Positions 56,039 through 64,000 of a DNA stretch of 64,000 nucleotides are shown in pieces. Every line of letters starts with the position of its first letter. The first letter of the stretch is position 1. The stretch comes from Yuukianura sp. NJ FZ-2021 (taxonomy: Eukaryota): contig CM102287.1 in the NCBI GenBank assembly GCA_046563655.1, positions 3,658,001 through 3,722,000 of the forward strand, read 5' to 3'. The position numbers and the translations under genes are program-made. The notes beneath the pieces are model-generated. The model was not told where the DNA came from and searched no databases. It saw nothing but the letters and a program-made list of their open reading frames with translations.

Positions 56039-56984
56039 CCTCTTGAGTACCGGTTTCAATTTTAATGTTGCTATATTTGCCCAGCATTTTTTTAATGGTA
56101 TCCATGGAGAGGTGCATTAGATTTTTATGAACACGCCAATTTCCACTACTACTTAAAAATTCGCAAAATTCTCCTGAGACCGAGTCATTTTTTTTAATTA
56201 TAATGAGGTCCTGCGAAATGGTGAAATGCACAAATTCCACTTTTCGGGTTTTTACATTGCACAAATTCCACTTTTCGGGTTTTTGCGTTGCACAAATTCC
56301 ACTTTTCGGGTGTTTACAATGCACAAATTCCACTTTTCGGGTTTTTGCATTGCACATCACCACCTTTCCCGTTTTTACATTGCACGTGTTCTACCTTTCG
56401 AGTTTCTCAAGTTGCACAACTACCACCTTCGGTTTTTTCAAGTTGCACAACTACCACCTTTCGGGTTTTTCAAGTTGCACATTTAAACTTTTGGTTGCCG
56501 GAGTGAACAATTTCACAAGTTTTCAGTTTTTGATATGCACAATTTCCATGCTTTTGAGTTATTTACATGCTACACCAATTTCTGCACCTGCACAATTCCA
56601 AACTTTTCGGTTTCTGATGTTGCACAATTTCAAACTGTGTAACATTTACAATGCACAATCGGCCACTTTTCGGTTTTTCCGCTGCACCAAATCCACTTTT
56701 TGGTTATTCTCCTGCACAAATTCCACTTTTTCGTTTTTCTTAATGCACCATGAATGATTATTATAACAAAAACGTACAACCAAAAGCCGATATTTCGGTT
56801 GTTGGTCTCCTGAGCTTTTTTTCAAAAGCCGATATTTCGGCTCTTGGGCTCAGGAGACTGCAAAACTTTGCCGAAATATCGGCTTTTGGTCTCCTGAGCA
56901 AAAATAAACAAACCGAAATATCGGTTCTCGGGCTACCAGGGGAAACAAGCAAAGCCGATATTTCGGCTTTCGGTACTCAAGAGG
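56039..56984. mobile_element. piggyBac-like non-autonomous element (946 bp)
   Basis: TTAA TSD at 56035-56038 and 56985-56988. 14-bp TIR CCTCTTGAGTACCG. Internal minisatellite of about 30 bp. Confidence 0.85.
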
Positions 56985-57978
56985 TTAACAACGTAATTAA
57001 ACTAACTGTCAGAAAATGACAGGATCAAAACTTCGTTGTTTAAATATATTTTGAGTGTAATCGAAACCAAAATGTTTCCGGAAAACGACTGCACTTAGGG
57101 TGCATAAAGTGGCCGCCCATTTCCACGTTGTTAATATAACACTTTGAGTGCAATGTAGACTTAATGAAAACACTTGAGGCATACATAACCCCCCGGACAA
57201 AATGGAGCTTATGTTTTAGCGCAAAAGATACTAAAAAAGCGAACGGACAGACAGACAGACAGACAAAGTCGTATCAATAGTCTTCTTCAGCACGTCGTAG
57301 ACGTGCGTCTCCAGAAGACTAAAAATGACTCCCAAGTGAGAAATGAGGGACTAATGTCCGTCTAAAAATGCAAGACCCTTTGTTTATTCTCAAAATTTAA
57401 AATTTTTGATTTTTTCTGCGCGGGTTGGGTTGCGCTTGCGCAAAGTCATGTATACACCGTTTCACCGAAATGTTTCGCCCATCAGATAACATTGATTAAA
57501 AACAATTGGTCAAAAAGTGAGTTGATTTAAAAAAAATGATTCATTGAAGCATTTGTTGATTGAATTCATTATTTCCAAGTTATTATTTCGAAGCTAGTTT
57601 AGTTTTCGGCTCGTCTATCATTGTTGCTGGATGGATAAAGTATTTCTTCCACACTCTTGGCAAATGGTGGATGTATCAAGATATTGATAATTTCTTCCGG
57701 ACGAAAACTCAATTTCGTCCGTCAAAACGGATTTTATCCCGATTTATACAGATATTTTTTTTTATACATTTGCATTGGAGTCGGGGAACAATAAAGTAGC
57801 GAAGTAAAGGAAAACTGACTATTTAGACGAATAGTAAGGTTACTCCTGGATAGCCACATTTTTTGCGCTTCGTCCAGTGGGTGATATATTTCATCTCGTG
57901 TATTGGGTTGTCTAGTTTCTGTCAAAAACGCCGCTTAGTAATATGGCGCACCAAAAACTGCATACTCGAAACTAATAA

Positions 57979-59477
57979 TTATTAAGTATCTTCAGATACT
58001 TATAGGGATCGTATTGTCCGTCCGTCCTTCTGTCTGTCCGTCCGTCCGTAATGCTTATAACTCGATAACCACTACTCCGATTTCTAAAGGTTTTTTTTTA
58101 AATTAGTAACTGTTTACCTGAGGACTATAAATCAGTTTTCGTCTTCTGGAGACGCACGTCTACGACGTGCTGAAGAAGACTATTGATACGACTTTGTCCG
58201 TCCGTCTGTCACATTTTTTAGGATACTTTGCACTGAAACATAAGCCCCAATTTGTTCGGGGGGTTATGTTTGGCTCAATTGTTTTCATTAGGTCTACATT
58301 GCACTAAAATTGTAGAATTAACAGCGTAGAAATGTGCGGCCACGTTACGCACACGCAGTGTAGTCGTTTCCCGAAAACATTTTGGTTTCGATTACACTCA
58401 AAATATATTTAAACAACGAAGTTTTGACCCTGTCATTTGCTGACAGTATGTCTATTCACATTGTTAATTTAAGCCTAGTTAGAGGGTAGAAAATCCGGCT
58501 TAAATGTTTAATATGTGAATAGTGAATGAAAGGGGTCAAATTTGCATTCACAAGTCAATTTTTATGATTTGGATTTTAAAGAAACGATATTCGACTCCTA
58601 CCCCACAACGTACAATTTGGTGCATGATGCACACAATTGAAGGTTTGTGCAGGTTTGAGAACTACATTGAGCATTGCCATGAAAACATCGACAATACATT
58701 ATGTGCAACTTTCTCAAAAAATTAAGAACATCAATCAAGAACGATACTCGACCCCTTCTCCTAAACGTTCAATTTTGTGCATTTGGTGCACAACAAATTA
58801 ACAACATCAATTCAGTGCAGTGAGTTTTCGGCCTCAAAACTTTAACATGATTTTGGTTCAATTAAACGGTAAGATTGCCAAGACAAATTTGGTGCAACTC
58901 ATGCACAAAGTAGTGTCTCACATTCGCACTAAAAATTTTCAGTGACCTTTTAAAGCTTCAATTACATGAATACGGTTTCTCAGTTCGTCCAGTTTTGCGG
59001 TAGGCCGGTCTAAATGTCGTATCAATTGTCAACTCCCTCCAGAAGACCTATGCTTAACCCCTGAGCATCGCCCTACCTTGTTTCGCTTCACCTCAAGTGA
59101 CCTCCAATAGTGTCACAGGTCAACGTTATGCTCCCCAACAGGGTCACAGGTCAAAGTCATTTTTCTTGTACAATTCGCAAACGGATGGACAGACTTGGAA
59201 GCGGGTTTACGGGAATGATATCTTGATGACCTCGAGTGACCTCTAACAGGGTCAGAGCTCAAGGTCATACTTTTCTCTACATTTCGAAAACAGATGGACC
59301 GATTCGATATGCAGTGGTTTGCGGGAATGGGTCTTTGACTGAGGTCTATGATTCCGACCGTTGTTTGACATTAACCTCTAATAATGTCAGGGGTCAGGTT
59401 CAACAGTATCATGCGCGGTAGCTGTCTATAATTGATCTGACGATACTTATTTACATCGTCCTTGCAAGAAGTTTATT
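57979..59477 (+). mobile_element. HINE-like family B, copy 2 (contains family A copy 13)
   Basis: Same termini and microsatellite as 49358-50198. Confidence 0.75.
58136..59083 (+). mobile_element. HINE family A, copy 13
   Basis: Both termini present; T-run target. Confidence 0.9.
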
Positions 59478-59485
59478 ATTATAAT

Positions 59486-59943
59486 CAGTGTTGGTAGGGC
59501 TGTTATGGTTCCAGTTCCAGAAACCGGAAAGGAACCGGTTTCCAGTTCCGTTTCCGTTTCTATTTTCAAAAAATTATGGAACTGAATTTTCCGGTTTCAG
59601 TTCCAAACCGGTTCCATACCAGTTCTGTTCCAGTTCCGTTTCGGTTTCTTCCGTATGACACTAGTTCCAGTTCTAGTTCCGATCATACTGGTTCCAGTTC
59701 CGGTTCCAGTTTCCACTTGGAAACGGAACGGAACGGAACTATAACAGCCTTAAGTGTTGGTGGATGGATAAAATATTTCTTCCACTCACCTCGAAAGTGG
59801 TGGATAACTCCGGATTTTTGTGGTTTCTACAGGACAAAACTCAATTTCGTCAATCGGAAACTCGATTTGATCAAGATTTATCCATTTATCCAGTGGATAT
59901 ATCCTGGACGATATGTTAAAAAAGTGGATATCCACCAACCCTG
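59486..59943. mobile_element. hAT-like MITE with a second hAT-like MITE (59495-59752) inside its left TIR
   Basis: Outer TSD ATTATAAT at 59478-59485 and 59944-59951. Inner TSD AGTGTTGG at 59487-59494 and 59753-59760, with TIR TAGGGCTGTTAT / ATAACAGCCTTA. Confidence 0.85.
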
Positions 59944-61706
59944 ATTATAATATTATTGATAGTAATATTTATAATATTATTATTAATGCAAACATCATTA
60001 ATAGTAATATTTATACTATTACTATTAATATTGAAGGTGAGCGTTAGGCATTCGCAGTGGACCCTAGTATTGGACGAAAGAAAAATAACAACTGATACAT
60101 ATTTAATACGAGAACCTTATTCGGCGACTCCCTGAAAAGAATTGGAAGCATTCTTGTTCTACGCTTAAATCCAAAACAGAAATGTTGATTTTCCACTTCA
60201 AAATTGTAAACAAAAACAAAAGTTACAGCATGTTCTTGTTACCATGGCGTTAATTCTTGACGGACATTCGCGAAATTCCGGATTCCTAAATGTAAATCCA
60301 ACCTAACTTTCGATAGGTTAGGGGGTCCAATCGGGTTATTTTGTTATTAATTTCTAACCTCCATGACCTTTCCAACGATATCTCAATCGGTAGGATTGGT
60401 CACGGATTTCCGTAGTTTTTCGCATTAAATAGGAACCCCTGATGCTTTTTAAATTGGAGAAGGCGGTACTTTGGACACCATTATCTCTGGCCCTGGCTGG
60501 GGGTCCACCGTTTTAGTCTTCTGGAGACGCACGTCTACGACGTGCTGAAGAAGACTATTGATACGACTTTGTCTGTCTGTCTGTCCGTCTGTCACGTTTT
60601 TTAGGACTCATTGTACTGAAACATTAGCCCCATCGCAGTCGGGGGGTTATCTATAGCTCAAGTTTTTTCATTACCTCTACATTGCACTCAAACTCGTACA
60701 TTAACAACGTAGAAGCAGGCGGCTACTTTACGTACCCGCAGTATCGTGGCTCCGCAAAACAGTTTTAGTTTCGATTGCACTCAAAATATTTATAAACAAC
60801 GGAGTTTTGATCTGGTCATTTTCTGGCAGTATGTTTAATTACGTTGTTAAATTAACACCGATCAGAGGGTAGAAAATCCGGCTCAAATGTTTAGCATGTG
60901 AATAGTGCATAACAGGGGTCAAAGTTGCAGTTACTAGAAATTTTTATAATTTTAATTTTCACAAGCGATATACGACCCCTCGAGCCAGCGTTCATTTTTG
61001 TGCATGACTCATACTTATGACCAACAGAGATACAAACGTTGAATTGTGCATTTACATGAACCAATTTTGATTTAAAAGAAAGTATATCCGACATCCTCCT
61101 CATCGTTCAATTTTGTGCATGATGCACAAAGCTAAATTTCGATATCATTATTTTGACGTTGGGTTGTGGACGTTGTTATTTCTATAGTAGCAATTTCTGA
61201 ATACTTAAGACCAAGTGTTTCAAAATAATTTTGAAGAGAATTAAAATTGTTTAGAGCACAATTTGTACAACATTTTGATGGAAGCGGTTTTTAATCATTT
61301 TTATTGTGTTGCACAATTCGTTCAAATTTTATGCCACAGCAATGGCATGACAACATTAACTTTACTTTACGCTTAAGTTGTTTATCAGTTGTACCTCGAA
61401 AAAAATTGCATAAAGTTTTTCTGACTGCAATTCATGACTGTTTTTTACAACGTCTTTTACATTTTGTTTCTTATCGCTTCAACTGTTAAAAGTATAAATT
61501 TCATACACTGACAACAATTCTTTCATTATATTCATTCAAGTGCTTAACGTATAGTTTAACTCATAGTTTACAGTTCTATTCTAAGTAGTATATAATTTAA
61601 ATCTTCAACTCTATACAGCTTCGTCGGGTAAGAATATGTATTTTAATCATTTATCTTATTGCAAAATATATTCACTGACGTTTCATTGTATTATACAGGT
61701 ATAATT

Positions 61707-64000
61707 ATGTCTAGTCGTGATCAACGGGCGAAAGCCAGAAACCGCAGGCAAGCTGTAAGGCTCAGAGAATCTAGCAATCAAGGCGAGCGGAGAATGGACA
61801 ACACGGCACGTCGCTTAGCTCGTGAAAATGACGACTACAGAGAAATGGAACAAGCACGGAATACTGCAGCGCATCGTCAACTACGTGAAAATGACGACTA
61901 CAGAGAAATGGAACAAGCACGGGATACTGCAGCGCATCGTCAACTACGTGAAAATGACGACTACAGAGAAATGGAACAAGCACGGGATACTGCAGCGCAT
62001 CGTCAACTACGTGAAAATGATGACTACAGAGAAATGGAACAAGCACGGGATACTGCAGCGCATCGTCAACTGCGTACTCAGGTTCATGATGAGCCCTGGG
62101 AGTCGGTGGTTGAGGTCTTCGAAGAAAAATGCAGGGAAGGCCCTTCACATATCTGTATCTCCTGTGGTGGACTTTGGTTCAAGAAATCTATCAAGCAGCT
62201 GCGGCGATCCGACTGTACTCGATACGATGACAACTTTCTGAACGCTGTTTTCTCTACGCAACTGGAAGGAAACTTTTGTAATACTTGTCATGCTGCAGTT
62301 AGATCTGGTCGAGATTCACGCTTGGCGCTTACCAATGGACTCAACTTTCCGGTCATCCCTTCAGAGGTTTCGTCTTTGACGCGTCTGGAAGCTCGTTTAG
62401 TTTCACCATACCATGTTTTCCAGGCGATTTGGGCTGTACAAGGACAGCATGGTACAGTTTAACTGTTCATAAATAAGCTCAAAATTTGATTAGTTTTGCT
62501 AATAACAATATTTGCAGGTCAATTGAAGACGAAAGGACGGATTGTGAATGTTCCAGTTTCCGTGACAAATATTGTTCAAAGTCTGCCCCGCCTCCCTTCA
62601 GACGATTCAGTCCTGCATCTCCGGCTGGCCCGTCAGATGCATGTGGAGAAGAACTACACGTCTGGAAATATACGTCCACAAAAAGTAGTTGACGCTGCTA
62701 AAGTTTTATGTCAATCACCTTTGTACTCTCAACATGGGATATCAGTTTCGAATTCCTGGATCGCGGATTCTCAAGAATTGAATTCCTTTGACTCAGCCAT
62801 GGAGAGTCAGCTTGAAAACTCTCATATAATTGCGAACGAAGAAAGTCCGGACGCTGAAACCGAAGACTCGACAGCGGGTGAGACGATGCTAACAGATGCC
62901 TCGGGGCTTCGGATGGCCCCCGCTGAGGGTAATCGGCCTGTTTCTGTTCTTCTGGATGACGACGCTATATTTCTAGCCTTTCCTCAAATATTCGGCGGAG
63001 AAAAGCTCAATCCAATGTATGCCGGCAAAAAAATCTCAAAAGCTGACATGTTCATGTCGTTTGCAAGGAACAAAGACCGACGTGCTGCCGAGTCAGTGGA
63101 TTTCCTCTTGTACATGGCGAAGACTCTAGAAATTGCACGAATATCTAGCAATCGCACCATTCACTTGAGGAAACGAAAAATAAATGGTGAGCATATCATT
63201 CCAACTGCGGGACAAGTCTTGCACCAGACTTACGTTGATGGCCTCATCAAGGACGACAACGCTTATAAAGTCTTGTCCGGAATACGGAACGCAGGAGTAC
63301 ACTGGAAGAATGAAGGCAACAAAGTTCGAGCGATGATACGTACGTTTGGGATTGCCACATTGTTTGTCACGATTAGTGCTGCAGAGTTGAAGTGGAACGA
63401 GCTGTTGGTGTTATTGAAGAAAGTTCTGGACGGCATCGACATTTCTGAGCAGGAAGCCCAAGAATTGTCCACTTCTGAGAAAGCGTTGTTGATTCAGCGT
63501 GATCCAATCACATGCGCGCGGTACTTTGACCACCGTTACTCCGCTCTGAAATCTACTTACAGATCTCGAAATGGGCCTTTTGGTAATCGTGAAATCCGAC
63601 ACTTCTACGAAAGAGTGGAGTTCCAGCACCGAGGAAGCCCCCATGTGCATGCAATGTTTTGGCTCTCAGACCCACCAATTTTCAATCCAGAGAATGAATC
63701 GCATGACGAAGTGACTAGTTTCATTGACAGTATGATAACATGCCGTACAGACTACCCTCCGGAGGATCCAATCACTGGTCTACTAACTCTCCAGACTCAT
63801 CGCCATACACATACTTGCTACAAGCGAACACACAAGGGAGTTAAATGTCGTTTTGGAATACCATTCTTCCCAATGGATCAAACTCGCATCCTTTTACCAC
63901 TGGACAACCCGGCAGACTACAAGGAACTCAAGCTACGGCATAAATTGATTCGTGACTTTTTGGAAGCTCAAATGCCGGACGCGGGAATGTCATTTACACA
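61707..64000 (+). CDS. Helentron Rep(/helicase) protein, exons 61707-62451 and 62518->64000 (open to window end)
   Basis: Cys cluster CISC..CNTC. After a 66-nt GT-AG intron: GQLKTKGRIVNVPV..LPR, LAFPQIFGG, TLFVTISAAELKW, RDPITCARYF, the HUH motif VEFQHRGSPHVH (63615-63650), and QTHRHTHTCYK..CRFGIP. No stop in exon 2 by manual translation. Confidence 0.93.
61821..62072 (+). repeat. 63-bp coding tandem repeat x4 (RENDDYREMEQARDTAAHRQL)
   Basis: Units start at 61821, 61884, 61947 and 62010 and are nearly identical. Confidence 0.95.

Larger units (their letters stand above)
54648..57325 (-). mobile_element. HINE family A, copy 12, with two nested MITEs
   Basis: Both termini present. Confidence 0.9.
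60511..64000 (+). mobile_element. Putative autonomous Helentron (Helitron group), 5' part; continues beyond the window
   Basis: 5' terminus and about 0.8 kb are homologous to HINE family A. No HINE 3' stem-loop appears before the Rep gene. Confidence 0.85.

Noticed and set aside
55383..56757. Cys/Phe-rich ORFs of up to 184 aa
   Set aside because: They arise from the minisatellite of about 30 bp, which is open in several frames on both strands.
61821..62072. CRISPR-like array (also considered for 55450-56750 and 33255-33716)
   Set aside because: These are head-to-tail tandem units with no unique spacers, no cas genes, and a eukaryotic context.

Overview
AT-rich eukaryotic DNA with short GT-AG introns (many 58-90 nt), most likely from an invertebrate. 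Arthropod/hexapod is an inference only. The window is dominated by nested transposable elements. (1) About 13 copies of a DINE-1/HINE-like non-autonomous rolling-circle element, plus what looks like their autonomous Helentron partner: it has the same 5' end at 60511 and a spliced Rep gene that runs off the window. (2) A full-length BEL/Pao LTR retrotransposon (21665-28209, TSD TATAG) with a frameshift and no recognisable protease catalytic motif. (3) A spliced Sola1-type transposase element with one nonsense codon, plus AATT-targeting derivatives. (4) Three solo LTRs; hAT-, piggyBac-, Harbinger-, Spy- and TA-type MITEs; a tRNA-derived SINE; two LINE 3' fragments; and a 2.1-kb foldback palindrome. 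Candidate host coding sequence is all on the minus strand: four highly divergent paralogous Cys-rich coding units (12.4, 29.9, 41.2 and 47.0 kb) and one two-exon secreted protein gene (7.0-7.85 kb). A broken class-I-fusion/env-like reading frame that the ORF track misses (RVKR followed by a fusion-peptide-like run and heptads) lies at about 10.05-11.7 kb. All calls come from reading the sequence by eye; no database searches were run.
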